This document shows, piece after piece, positions 1 through 7,996 of a DNA stretch of 20,000 nt. The notes under the pieces are model-generated. The model was not told where the DNA came from and made no database searches. It was given only the letters and a program-made list of their open reading frames with translations. The position numbers were made by a program, and so were the translations under genes. Source of the DNA: an uncultured virus (IMG/VR IMGVR_UViG_3300020469_003958) (taxonomy: Duplodnaviria > Heunggongvirae > Uroviricota > Caudoviricetes); the IMG/VR virus record IMGVR_UViG_3300020469_003958. One strand, 5' to 3'. Each line of letters opens with the position of its first letter. Positions within the stretch are counted from its first letter, which is position 1.

Positions 1-230
1 ACATCACTAACTACTGCATTTACTTTTTCAGCTTCTGCTTTAATTGTAATTACATCCTCAGTAACATCTAATTCCACATTTTTTGGGTTATGCCCTACAA
101 CATTGATTAGAAGTTTTTGTTTATTATCTTCATTTGTAATAGAATACTGCCCCTTTTGGTGATTAATTTGAAGTGGTTTGAATCCTTTTTCAAACACATC
201 ATCAAATATGTTGTCAATTGTATAAATCAT
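1..230 (-). CDS. Small heat-shock protein (Hsp20/alpha-crystallin family), runs off the window edge
   Basis: Not in ORF track. Manual translation from ATG at 230: MIYTIDNIFDDVFEKGFKPLQINHQKGQYSITNEDNKQKLLINVVGHNPKNVELDVTEDVITIKAEAEKVNAVVSD...; 'IFDDVF' N-terminus and 'INVVGHNPKNVELDVTEDVITIKA' fit the alpha-crystallin (lpG..kedi.v.v....L.I.g) pattern. Confidence 0.75.
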   Translation of the reverse strand, partial: MIYTIDNIFDDVFEKGFKPLQINHQKGQYSITNEDNKQKLLINVVGHNPKNVELDVTEDVITIKAEAEKVNAVVSD

Positions 231-267
231 ATTTTTTATTTTTAAGTTAAACATACAATGTATATAT

Positions 268-341
268 TACCAATTTCATACCAATTGAAGTTATATGACT
301 ATTTGTCAGTTTATCTTAAAAATTAACTGAAAAATTGTCAT
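268..341 (-). promoter_or_regulatory. Putative hsp20 regulatory region: sigma54-like element plus two imperfect TGACA-N3-TGTCA palindromes
   Basis: Minus strand TTGGTATGAAATTGGTA at 268-284 (GG-N10-GT, near the GG-N10-GC consensus); ATGACTATTTGTCAG at 295-309 and CTGAAAAATTGTCAT at 327-341. Confidence 0.4.
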
Positions 342-1002
342 ATATACCCATCTTTTGTTTGTACTCAGAGTTTTCTATAACTGTACTCATATGGTCTGCC
401 CAATGTAAAATCATTGGTAAGTTTGTTTTTAACTGAAAATCTTCGTTGTAAGAAATCCAATATTTCTTAGTTGCTTCATTATACAAACCATCAGCCATAT
501 GAATACCCAGTTGTTCTTTCTGAGTATATGTGATTCCATATTGATTTAATAACCAAAATGCTCTATCAGTTACATCAAAGTATTGTAACTTTGGGTTATG
601 AGTAAAATACTCTTTTCTATTTTTTTGATGCCATTCTGATTCTTGTGGGATATAATATGGTTCTGAACCATCTCCTAATTTACCTAAATCGTGGTGGAAT
701 GCAGCAAATAATAATTCTTCATCAGTAAAGTTTACAATTCCTCCACCCTCTTCAAACATCTTTTTTAGTTTGTAAGAATTTCTAGCTACATTTAAAACAT
801 GGTCTATGTAACCACCAACATAACAACTATGGAAGTTCAACTTACCACTCGCTGGAGCTATAGCTAATTCAGTTCCTAATTCTTCTGGGGAATACATATG
901 GAGAAGTTTTTCTAATCGTTCTCCAGTAAAAACTTTTTTAATAGCTTCTATAAACTTATTATAGTTTTCTTCTATTTGTTTTTCAGTATAATTTCTAATC
1001 AT
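316..1002 (-). CDS. HD-domain phosphohydrolase (YhaM/Cbf1-like HD domain)
   Basis: APAS..FH..YVGGYIDHVLNV, AAFHHDLGK, HMADG, LHWADHM give the H...HD...D metal-binding signature. Confidence 0.85.
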   Translation of the reverse strand: MIRNYTEKQIEENYNKFIEAIKKVFTGERLEKLLHMYSPEELGTELAIAPASGKLNFHSCYVGGYIDHVLNVARNSYKLKKMFEEGGGIVNFTDEELLFAAFHHDLGKLGDGSEPYYIPQESEWHQKNRKEYFTHNPKLQYFDVTDRAFWLLNQYGITYTQKEQLGIHMADGLYNEATKKYWISYNEDFQLKTNLPMILHWADHMSTVIENSEYKQKMGIYDNFSVNF

Positions 1003-1373
1003 TCTTCTATATATTTTGATGTTAATGCTCTATATAATACTTCTAATTCTTCTTCGGTTGTACAAAACCCCAATCCATCGAAATCTAATATTTCAACAAA
1101 ATATTGGTTTGGCTTTAATCCCATATTTCTTAACTCCATATCATCATCAGATGAGTTAGTTACAAAACGTGCTGCATATTTATCAGTTCTTTCTTTTGGA
1201 ATGGGTAGTGTCCAAAAATATGCTTTATCTAATTCATCACCATCCTCTATATCTTCTCTGTTATCTATGAAATCAGGTGTACCATTATAATCATTAGAGA
1301 TATGTTTTGACCAACCTTGCCTTTTGAAGGTTTCATCAGTTAGTGGTGTTGCTTGTAACTTTACCTTTCTCAT
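999..1373 (-). CDS. Hypothetical acidic protein, 124 aa
   Basis: ORF with 4-bp overlaps to both neighbours; no recognised motif. Confidence 0.75.
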   Translation of the reverse strand: MRKVKLQATPLTDETFKRQGWSKHISNDYNGTPDFIDNREDIEDGDELDKAYFWTLPIPKERTDKYAARFVTNSSDDDMELRNMGLKPNQYFVEILDFDGLGFCTTEEELEVLYRALTSKYIEE

Positions 1374-1933
1374 TCTAATATGATTCTGATAGTTTCTTCT
1401 ATATCTTCAAATCTTGCTTTTACAATAAGTGTATCACCAACCATTTCATCTATTGGTGCAATTACTGTATTTATTTCTCCACCATCTCCACTATAAGAAA
1501 ACTCATTAATAGTTGGTACAATACTTCCAGCAAATCCAGTTACATATGTAGTATCTACATCTACCCAATCACCTAATACATTTATGGTTCTTCGAATGAA
1601 TACATAAGCAGTATCATTTAAAGTCCATTGATGAGATGATTCCCATTCAACTAATTGTGGATATGGTTCTTCACCATTATTTAAGAGTTTACCTGTAATT
1701 CTATGGATTGTTTGAATAGAATTATCAGTTGAGTTTAATTCTAATTTATATAAACCATCATTGGTTGTATCTAATCTACCATCTAACTCCATTGTGTAAT
1801 TATCAGGTAAATCTGATAATGGGTCAGTTGTACAAGATGTGAGAAATGAGAATAATACCAATACTACAAAGAGTATTCCACAAAAAGCCAATCCGTTTAT
1901 TGCAAATTTTTCTGTTTGTTCTTTTCTATTCAT
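1370..1933 (-). CDS. Putative lipoprotein, beta-rich/Ig-like
   Basis: Start reassigned to ATG at 1933 (TAATG overlap with the upstream stop); MNRK, hydrophobic stretch, lipobox LTSC, acidic mature part. Confidence 0.7.
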   Translation of the reverse strand: MNRKEQTEKFAINGLAFCGILFVVLVLFSFLTSCTTDPLSDLPDNYTMELDGRLDTTNDGLYKLELNSTDNSIQTIHRITGKLLNNGEEPYPQLVEWESSHQWTLNDTAYVFIRRTINVLGDWVDVDTTYVTGFAGSIVPTINEFSYSGDGGEINTVIAPIDEMVGDTLIVKARFEDIEETIRIILE

Positions 1934-2418
1934 TATAATAAGTAATTTAAAATTGAATCCCAATCAGGGTATTCGTTTGGTTTGTTATCATTTTCCCAAT
2001 CATATCCGAATCTCAATAACTCTCCACTAAACTCACCAGCACCATTTTTCAATCTATCATCGATAAGGTAATCACCCATCAACAAATCTTTTCTATGTGT
2101 TGTGAACAATCTTTTGTGGAAGATGTTATCAAAGTAATCCTCTAACCAAAATCTTTTATCAGTAAGGGATTGTGGGTTACCCCAAGGGGCAGAAGTAGCA
2201 ATAAATAATTCATACTTACCACTATCATTTAATTTCTTAATAGCATCGATAGCCCCCTTAATAGGAGGTGCGATTCTAAATAAACCTTGAATGTGGTCAG
2301 GGTGAGTTTTGTATCTTTCTTCTAAATGTGGATGTTTAACGAACCAATCTTTGATTGCTTTACCGAAGTCAACGATTACTCCATCCATGTCAATGTAAAC
2401 TATTTTCTTTTTTATCAT
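1933..2418 (-). CDS. 5'(3')-deoxyribonucleotidase, NT5C family (HAD superfamily)
   Basis: YIDMDGV (HAD motif I), IATSAPW, DKRFWL, YLIDDR. Start at 2418 or 2427 because the track start (2445) lies inside a promoter motif. Confidence 0.88.
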   Translation of the reverse strand: MIKKKIVYIDMDGVIVDFGKAIKDWFVKHPHLEERYKTHPDHIQGLFRIAPPIKGAIDAIKKLNDSGKYELFIATSAPWGNPQSLTDKRFWLEDYFDNIFHKRLFTTHRKDLLMGDYLIDDRLKNGAGEFSGELLRFGYDWENDNKPNEYPDWDSILNYLL

Positions 2419-2434
2419 ATCACTCATTAGAGTA

Positions 2435-2466
2435 CTAATATACAAAATTTATTTGAATCATGCAAG
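2435..2466 (-). promoter_or_regulatory. Bacteroidota-type -33/-7 promoter
   Basis: CTTG-N20-TATATTAG on the minus strand; same geometry as four other copies in the window. Confidence 0.65.
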
Positions 2467-2477
2467 CTTTTTCTCAA

Positions 2478-2705
2478 TTATTTTAACCATAAATTATACA
2501 CATAATCATAGGGAGCATCAAGTATTTCAGCAAGTTTTGAGAACAATCTTTCTCTTACTAAACTATCGTAAACTCCGATGTATCTATAAACATCATTTGC
2601 TGTATATAGGTTGTTTAACAAACCTGTAAAGTTTGTATCATCTCTAAGTTCAATTCCCAACTCATCAGTTGGATATTCGTTTAAATAAAATTCTTTAATA
2701 TTCAT
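2478..2705 (-). CDS. Hypothetical protein, 75 aa
   Basis: Clean ORF preceded by the leader motif TTAAACCCTAAA. Confidence 0.75.
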   Translation of the reverse strand: MNIKEFYLNEYPTDELGIELRDDTNFTGLLNNLYTANDVYRYIGVYDSLVRERLFSKLAEILDAPYDYVYNLWLK

Positions 2706-2721
2706 ATCGTTTAGGGTTTAA

Positions 2722-3033
2722 TTATACTAAATAGTTTGGTCCGTAATAACTCCAACTAGCGGTTCCATCGAAGATGTTTCCTCTACTATGTTTGGCAGGT
2801 GTTTTCCAACCAGCAGGTTTCAATAGGTCTCCTTTTTTAATTGGTGATTGTTTTAATTCACCATCTACCATAGAAATGAATCCCCAACAAGAAGTTCCAT
2901 CCCATAATCTAATGTATTTTCTACCTTTATCAACTGTTAAAGGTTCGTAGGGTTTGTAGGAAAATTTCTCATCCCAATACTCTTTTCTTTCTTTATTAAC
3001 TTTCTCAAGCCACAAATCAAATTTACTTTTCAT
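2722..3033 (-). CDS. Phage-type hypothetical protein, 103 aa
   Basis: Motifs GRKYIRL and GDLLKPAGWKTPAKHSRGNI, recalled from small phage proteins of unknown function; lies directly downstream of a promoter. Confidence 0.75.
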   Translation of the reverse strand: MKSKFDLWLEKVNKERKEYWDEKFSYKPYEPLTVDKGRKYIRLWDGTSCWGFISMVDGELKQSPIKKGDLLKPAGWKTPAKHSRGNIFDGTASWSYYGPNYLV

Positions 3034-3076
3034 ATTTTAGTGTTTTAGGGTTTAACTCTTTAACTCAATTACAGTA

Positions 3077-3108
3077 CTAACATACGAAAAAAAGTTGAGA
3101 CTACCAAA
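3077..3108 (-). promoter_or_regulatory. Bacteroidota-type -33/-7 promoter
   Basis: TTTG-N20-TATGTTAG on the minus strand. Confidence 0.7.
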
Positions 3109-3127
3109 TGTTTTCTCAACTTTTTTT
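3087..3127. terminator. Intrinsic terminator downstream of phoH, possibly bidirectional
   Basis: Perfect 14-bp inverted repeat AAAAAAAGTTGAGA-N13-TCTCAACTTTTTTT, giving a T7 tract on either strand. Confidence 0.6.
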
Positions 3128-3148
3128 AATAAATTTTACTAAATTTTT

Positions 3149-3811
3149 CTATTGATATGCGCTCAATAATCTGAGTAATTCATCCAATGCTTCATGCCTA
3201 TGATTATCCATTAGATTGGTGTAGTAAACAAATTGTGAATCCTTTAATTTAGGAACTTCATGTATTGCTGAATCATTAGCAAACTTTAAATCAATTTGTT
3301 GTGGGTCTCCAGTTAGAATCATTGTGGAACGTTTACCCAATCTACCTAATACCATTCCTAATTGAGATTTGGTTAGGTTTTGAAATTCATCAACTATTAC
3401 AATAGAGTGTTCAAATGTTCTTCCTCTAAAGTGAGATAACGATACTAATTCAATGTGCTCATCCCTTTCCATCTTTTCTAAAATGGCTGGTTTGTTATAA
3501 ACCTTTCTCATATTAGAACGAATTGGTACTAACCAAGGCTCCATCTTTTCATCCAAAGAACCAGGTAGAAATCCATTATCTTCATTTGATATGGTTGGTC
3601 TTGTTATAACTATCTTATTTACTTGCCGAGTAAAAAACATATCTAATGCTATTTGTACTGCTAATAACGTTTTTCCAGAACCAGCTTTACCTTGAATAAA
3701 ATTGTAGGGGTGATAAAGTATTGCCGTTTTTGCTAACTTTTGTTCATCTGATAAAGATAAGTTAAATTTAATCTTACCTTTGGGTGGAACCTTATTAATG
3801 TTCTCTGCCAT
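3149..3811 (-). CDS. phoH: PhoH-family ATPase
   Basis: GKAGSGKT Walker A, ITRP, GFLPG..EKMEPW, FRGRTF, VDEFQN, TGDPQQID. Confidence 0.95.
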   Translation of the reverse strand: MAENINKVPPKGKIKFNLSLSDEQKLAKTAILYHPYNFIQGKAGSGKTLLAVQIALDMFFTRQVNKIVITRPTISNEDNGFLPGSLDEKMEPWLVPIRSNMRKVYNKPAILEKMERDEHIELVSLSHFRGRTFEHSIVIVDEFQNLTKSQLGMVLGRLGKRSTMILTGDPQQIDLKFANDSAIHEVPKLKDSQFVYYTNLMDNHRHEALDELLRLLSAYQ

Positions 3812-3815
3812 ATTT

Positions 3816-4175
3816 TTAATTAATAGTTGTTATCTTATGCGATTTTTTAGTTAGAGAGTTTCTTTTTGGTTTAATTGTTTTTTCATAATTTACAATCTCT
3901 GCGCAAATTTCATACTTCTCCATTCGTTCACATAAATGTAATAATCGATGTAATGCTGACATGTAATCCTTCTTTTCTACTACCGCAACAATATCGTGAA
4001 CAGTAAACTCAATCAATATAATTGATGATAAACTTTGTTTATGTGCGTTGATAAGAAGGGCTAGGGTTTGATACAGAAAGGCATCTCCGTAATCATACAA
4101 ATACTCATTAAGTGTGGTATTATTGAGAGAGATATATTTTCTCCAATCAACATTTGCTAATGGTCGTTTCTTCAT
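3816..4175 (-). CDS. Hypothetical helical protein with C-terminal UVR-like motif
   Basis: 'CERMEKYEICAEI' resembles the UvrB/UvrC 'E.YE.AA.I' hairpin motif; ATATTTATA motif upstream. Confidence 0.65.
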   Translation of the reverse strand: MKKRPLANVDWRKYISLNNTTLNEYLYDYGDAFLYQTLALLINAHKQSLSSIILIEFTVHDIVAVVEKKDYMSALHRLLHLCERMEKYEICAEIVNYEKTIKPKRNSLTKKSHKITTIN

Positions 4176-4203
4176 AAAACCCGAAATGTTTAAGCGTTAC
4201 TAT

Positions 4204-4212
4204 TATAAATAT
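4204..4212 (-). promoter_or_regulatory. Recurring ATATTTATA motif, candidate phage-specific promoter (also 5387-5395, 7645-7653, 16853-16861)
   Basis: Exact 9-mer in four short intergenic gaps, each upstream of a minus-strand gene start. Confidence 0.5.
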
Positions 4213-4228
4213 AAGAAAGGATGAGTTT

Positions 4229-5371
4229 TTAATCCATATATGTTGGTCTCCCAGTACCAGTACCAGGACTTCCACCAGTGTTACCATTCGAGCCATCACC
4301 ATCAGTTGGTGGGTTACCTTGACCTGGTGTTGAACCATCATTAGGGTTTTGACCATTATTACTTAAATCAATTACCCACTCTTCATTAACAGCATCCCAC
4401 TCCCAATATTTACCATTGAAAAGTACAGTCTCACCTGGCTGAACTCCTCTTCTACCAATTGGTAAGAAGGTTTTTGGGTTGGGGTCTTTTGGATTGCCAT
4501 TATCATCAGTTTGTGTATCCTTTTCATTTGATGGTGAATCAGTATTAGTATCTGCTTCTTTTTCTTCTTTAGTGTATCCATCATAATCACCCAATTCATT
4601 AGTTGGTATTAATCTATCATCATAGTTTGCCGCTGGTTTGCTTACTACCCAAGTTATGTATTTAATTAATTCGTTTATATCATATGTGGGATTTGCCTCT
4701 AATACTCCGCCAGACCCTACTTGATAATTAGAATATACAAATAAGTTTTTTCTAACTTCAACTTGTCCGGATATTTCGTTTCTATTTAGATTAATACTAA
4801 GTTCTTTTGCTCTTAATTCTTCAACTTTTTCTTTTATGGGTTTTATATCAACTACCACAATGTTCTTTTCTTCTATAATATCGTTTACAGCAAATGGACT
4901 ACCATCTACTCTATATTCTTTCATTAGTGTTTGAAAGAAACGAGCTGATGCATATAATTGAGGTTCGGAATCTGCTCCCTCTTTTAAACAAAGTATAAAA
5001 TCAAATTCAATATCTTGGTCTAATAGTACATTTACTTTGGATAAATCGTATCTTGGGATATCTACAAAGTTTTGTGGATATTCACCATACAATCTTATTT
5101 GAGCTATCTCTGAAAAATTACCTACTCTTTGTTTTTGGACCTGTTCCTCATCTTGATTGTATATTTCTCTAATGGATATAAATTCATCATTAGATGATGT
5201 GTTCGATTCTCCTACTGGTGTTGATTGGGTTGTAACACCATCTGATACTTTTTCTGGAGGAGATGTGATTGCAGATAGGGTTTTGGATTGTTTAGCTGCA
5301 GCTGCGGCATTTCGTTTTCTCCTTTTCTCTCTTCTAGCTTTTCTTCTTTCTCTGGCTTTTTTACCGAACAT
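4229..5371 (-). CDS. Hypothetical protein, 380 aa, basic N-terminus and G/P/T/N/D-rich C-terminus
   Basis: KKARERRKARREKRRKRN N-terminus, globular-looking middle, low-complexity tail. Confidence 0.8.
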   Translation of the reverse strand: MFGKKARERRKARREKRRKRNAAAAAKQSKTLSAITSPPEKVSDGVTTQSTPVGESNTSSNDEFISIREIYNQDEEQVQKQRVGNFSEIAQIRLYGEYPQNFVDIPRYDLSKVNVLLDQDIEFDFILCLKEGADSEPQLYASARFFQTLMKEYRVDGSPFAVNDIIEEKNIVVVDIKPIKEKVEELRAKELSINLNRNEISGQVEVRKNLFVYSNYQVGSGGVLEANPTYDINELIKYITWVVSKPAANYDDRLIPTNELGDYDGYTKEEKEADTNTDSPSNEKDTQTDDNGNPKDPNPKTFLPIGRRGVQPGETVLFNGKYWEWDAVNEEWVIDLSNNGQNPNDGSTPGQGNPPTDGDGSNGNTGGSPGTGTGRPTYMD

Positions 5372-5411
5372 TATAATTCCTTTCTATATAAATATTGGAA
5401 TTTAAGAAAGA

Positions 5412-5879
5412 TTATATTCCGTTATGTCCTTCATCGTAGAATTGAACATTTACACCAGCTTCTTCAAACATAGTCCAACTACGTTCAGCTGATTCATCCC
5501 ACTTCTTACCTTCAGCACCATAACCAGCCTTTTCACAAAAAATACGAGTAATTCCAGCATTGATAATTCCTCTAGCACAATCGGAACAAGGGATACCACA
5601 ACTTAGATACATCGTACACCCTTTGGTGGAAACTCCAATACGAGCTGCATTATAGATAGCGTTTCTTTCAGCATGTTCGAACCAAAAATACTTTTCAGGT
5701 CTTTCTTGTCTTTCCCTTATATTATCATCGATACCTCTTGGGAACGAATTGTAACCAGTAGATACAATCTCTTTATCTTTACCAACGATTACTGCTCCAA
5801 TCTGAGTTCTCTCATCTTTGGATTTAAGTTTAACTTGGTGTGCTAAGTTTTGGAAATATACTACCCATCTCATACTCAT
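5412..5879 (-). CDS. Deoxycytidylate (dCMP) deaminase
   Basis: KSKD..TQIGAVIV, STGYNSFPRG, HAERNAI and PCSDC zinc-binding motifs. Confidence 0.93.
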   Translation of the reverse strand: MSMRWVVYFQNLAHQVKLKSKDERTQIGAVIVGKDKEIVSTGYNSFPRGIDDNIRERQERPEKYFWFEHAERNAIYNAARIGVSTKGCTMYLSCGIPCSDCARGIINAGITRIFCEKAGYGAEGKKWDESAERSWTMFEEAGVNVQFYDEGHNGI

Positions 5880-5897
5880 AAATATGTAACTTATAAA

Positions 5898-6245
5898 TTA
5901 CTTTGCCCACTTATCTCTTTGGACAAGTTGAGAGATTATGCCATATACGGATAAATCCTCATAGGTATCTTGAATGTTTTCACCAACCTCATCTGGTTGT
6001 CCTTTAACAACTAACTGAAGTAATCTTTGGATTTTATCATTCTTTCTGAACCATAATCCAGTTAAAGCAACCTTCTTATCATCATCAGTTTCTAACGTTG
6101 AACCAACTGATATATTACCAGGTCCATAATTTCTTTGTTTTTTACAAAAGGTAATATACATCTCATCTAAAATCTTTTTAAATTCAGATGTTGTTTGAGG
6201 ATAAGTTTTTTCACAAAACTCAACTGCTGTTTCTTTCTTTGCCAT
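5898..6245 (-). CDS. Nucleotide-modification-associated domain 1 (DUF1599-like, all-alpha MazG-like fold)
   Basis: FCKKQRNYG, NDKIQRL, ENIQDTYEDLSVYGII fit the KK..dYG / DK..R / E.i.DT..DL..Y pattern. Confidence 0.75.
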   Translation of the reverse strand: MAKKETAVEFCEKTYPQTTSEFKKILDEMYITFCKKQRNYGPGNISVGSTLETDDDKKVALTGLWFRKNDKIQRLLQLVVKGQPDEVGENIQDTYEDLSVYGIISQLVQRDKWAK

Positions 6246-6268
6246 AATTATACTTTATTGTTTACCAA

Positions 6269-6300
6269 CAAAGATACAAAAAATATTTTTAATATCCAAA
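6269..6300 (-). promoter_or_regulatory. Bacteroidota consensus -33/-7 promoter
   Basis: TTTG-N20-TATCTTTG, an exact match to TTTG...TAnnTTTG, just upstream of the ATG at 6245. Confidence 0.8.
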
Positions 6301-6554
6301 CGTTTTCAACTAAATTTAAAAAAAGTCAAAAAAGTTTAGATTTTTTTTACGTTTGGGGAATGTGGTGTATATCTATATATACTCACATAAGATACTCTAA
6401 GGTGATGCTATGAGTTTAAACGCATCTAAACTTCAATCAGAAACGATTGTTGGACCGAGCAAATATTCTTTTTGATTTTTCAGACACAGTGACACGGTGC
6501 AAGACAAGACAAGTGTTAAATAAAAAAATTAAAATAAAAATTTAGACAAGACAA

Positions 6555-6788
6555 CTAAAGCACTTCATAGTTAAATTGGTCTATTCTTCTTACTACCCTA
6601 TATACTCTTTGTGTCGGGTCGTTAGAATCCAATTCATCTCTTTTACTTTGCGCTTCAGCTTCGGTATCAAATTCATCTAAGGAATCTTCTGAATTTAATT
6701 TATAAACCCAAATCTGTCTTTTTGCCCAATTAGGGTCAGTTCCATTATCAACAGGAACTAATTGTTTTTGTACTGCAAATTCTTTCAT
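6555..6788 (-). CDS. Hypothetical protein, 77 aa
   Basis: ORF with a 4-bp overlap to the upstream gene. Confidence 0.7.
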   Translation of the reverse strand: MKEFAVQKQLVPVDNGTDPNWAKRQIWVYKLNSEDSLDEFDTEAEAQSKRDELDSNDPTQRVYRVVRRIDQFNYEVL

Positions 6789-6985
6789 AGTTGTACTCCT
6801 CTTTTTTGAAGTTCTCTTTTAATCATTTGTTTTTTCTTTTTATAGGAAGGTGTGCCATATAACTTTATCAACTCATCTGTACTCTCTCCACTTAAAGTAT
6901 AATGCTTCCAAAACCATCTATTGGTCATTTTACCATTCTTATCTCTAAGATATTCTTTTGTGCTTGGTTTTAATTTTGCTGGCAT
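6785..6985 (-). CDS. Hypothetical basic protein, 66 aa
   Basis: TAATG overlap with the PAP2 gene; Lys/Arg-rich. Confidence 0.7.
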   Translation of the reverse strand: MPAKLKPSTKEYLRDKNGKMTNRWFWKHYTLSGESTDELIKLYGTPSYKKKKQMIKRELQKRGVQL

Positions 6986-7641
6986 TATATTAATTTATTA
7001 TCTTTTAAATAGTTGAACATATCGTTTCCAATCGATTTACCTAAATCTACATCTGATTGATAATGTACTTTTGCTATTACCCTACTCTTAGCTATATCCT
7101 TACCTAACTTCAAAAACTCCCACTTATATTCAGGATATTTGTGAGCCATATAGTTTGATATTAAAATACCTTGAGCAGCATGACCAGATGGATACGATGG
7201 TGAATCCGATGTTGTATCTTCAATTTTGTTAGTATCCAATTCTATATTAAGTAGGGGTGCAAGTTTGTAAGGTCTGGGTCTATTGAAGTGATATTTTAAA
7301 TCTAACACAACTCCACTAGCAGAATTTTTTAATTCTTTTACCATTTTCTCAGGGAACTTTACATCCAACTCTTTACACAATTTATTAAAAGAATCTCTTA
7401 CCTTATCCATTTCATAAGAAAATTCATCATTAGTTGGAATTTGTGATAATCTGATTAACTCTGTCATTGTTCTCAATGATTCGTTTCTATAAGGTTTTAA
7501 AGTCTTATACCCATCATATTTGAATCCAGCTAAGATAGAATCAGATACTTCAGCAATACGTTTAGCATGTTTTGGTTCAACCGAATCATTATTGGTTAAA
7601 TCATATATCTGTCCTATATTTTTGTAATCATATACTAACAT
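6985..7641 (-). CDS. PAP2-superfamily phosphatase (soluble, acid phosphatase/haloperoxidase-like)
   Basis: All three motifs present: KYHFNRPRP (KX6RP), PSYPSGH, SRVIAKVHYQSD (SRX5HX3D); no transmembrane segments evident. Confidence 0.92.
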   Translation of the reverse strand: MLVYDYKNIGQIYDLTNNDSVEPKHAKRIAEVSDSILAGFKYDGYKTLKPYRNESLRTMTELIRLSQIPTNDEFSYEMDKVRDSFNKLCKELDVKFPEKMVKELKNSASGVVLDLKYHFNRPRPYKLAPLLNIELDTNKIEDTTSDSPSYPSGHAAQGILISNYMAHKYPEYKWEFLKLGKDIAKSRVIAKVHYQSDVDLGKSIGNDMFNYLKDNKLI

Positions 7642-7654
7642 ATCTATAAATATG

Positions 7655-7996
7655 TTAATCTACAATAATAATAGTTTTTTTGATTTCCTCTTCAGATAAA
7701 ATTAAAATTAAGTTTAATTCTCCTTTAGGTAAAGACTTTGTATAAAGTATTTTTGTGTTTAATCCTACTATTGGTGTGAACAATTCTTTTGCTATTACCG
7801 AATTGTTTAGATGAGATATAATTAACATATGTTCATCAGTAGATGATACTTCAAATGAAAACTCTTGTCCATCAACTACATTAGATATTGATTCCTCAAA
7901 TATCATTTCGTATTGTGGCATAGGTTCTACAACCATTAACTCTTCTGGTTGACAAGATAATATAACGAATAATATTAATACTATATACTTTCTCAT
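7655..7996 (-). CDS. Small lipoprotein with Ig-like domain, paralog of 14090-14467
   Basis: MRKY + hydrophobic + ILSC lipobox; 'IAKELFTPIVGLNTKILYTKSLPKGELNLIL' aligns with 'VSQEKLDANEGDNILKVYVSSLENNGYTLEL'. Confidence 0.75.
   Translation of the reverse strand: MRKYIVLILFVILSCQPEELMVVEPMPQYEMIFEESISNVVDGQEFSFEVSSTDEHMLIISHLNNSVIAKELFTPIVGLNTKILYTKSLPKGELNLILILSEEEIKKTIIIVD

Noticed and set aside
976..2030. Plus-strand ORFs 976-1290 and 1839-2030
   Set aside because: Antisense to tightly coupled minus-strand genes; S/F/I-rich shadow composition.
4147..5473. ORFs 4147-4356, 4372-4599 (-) and 5157-5405, 5288-5473 (+)
   Set aside because: Overlap the 380-aa gene in other frames or antisense; no motifs.
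6195..6413. 72-aa plus-strand ORF
   Set aside because: Non-ATG start, overlaps a gene start and its promoter, composition typical of AT-rich intergenic DNA.
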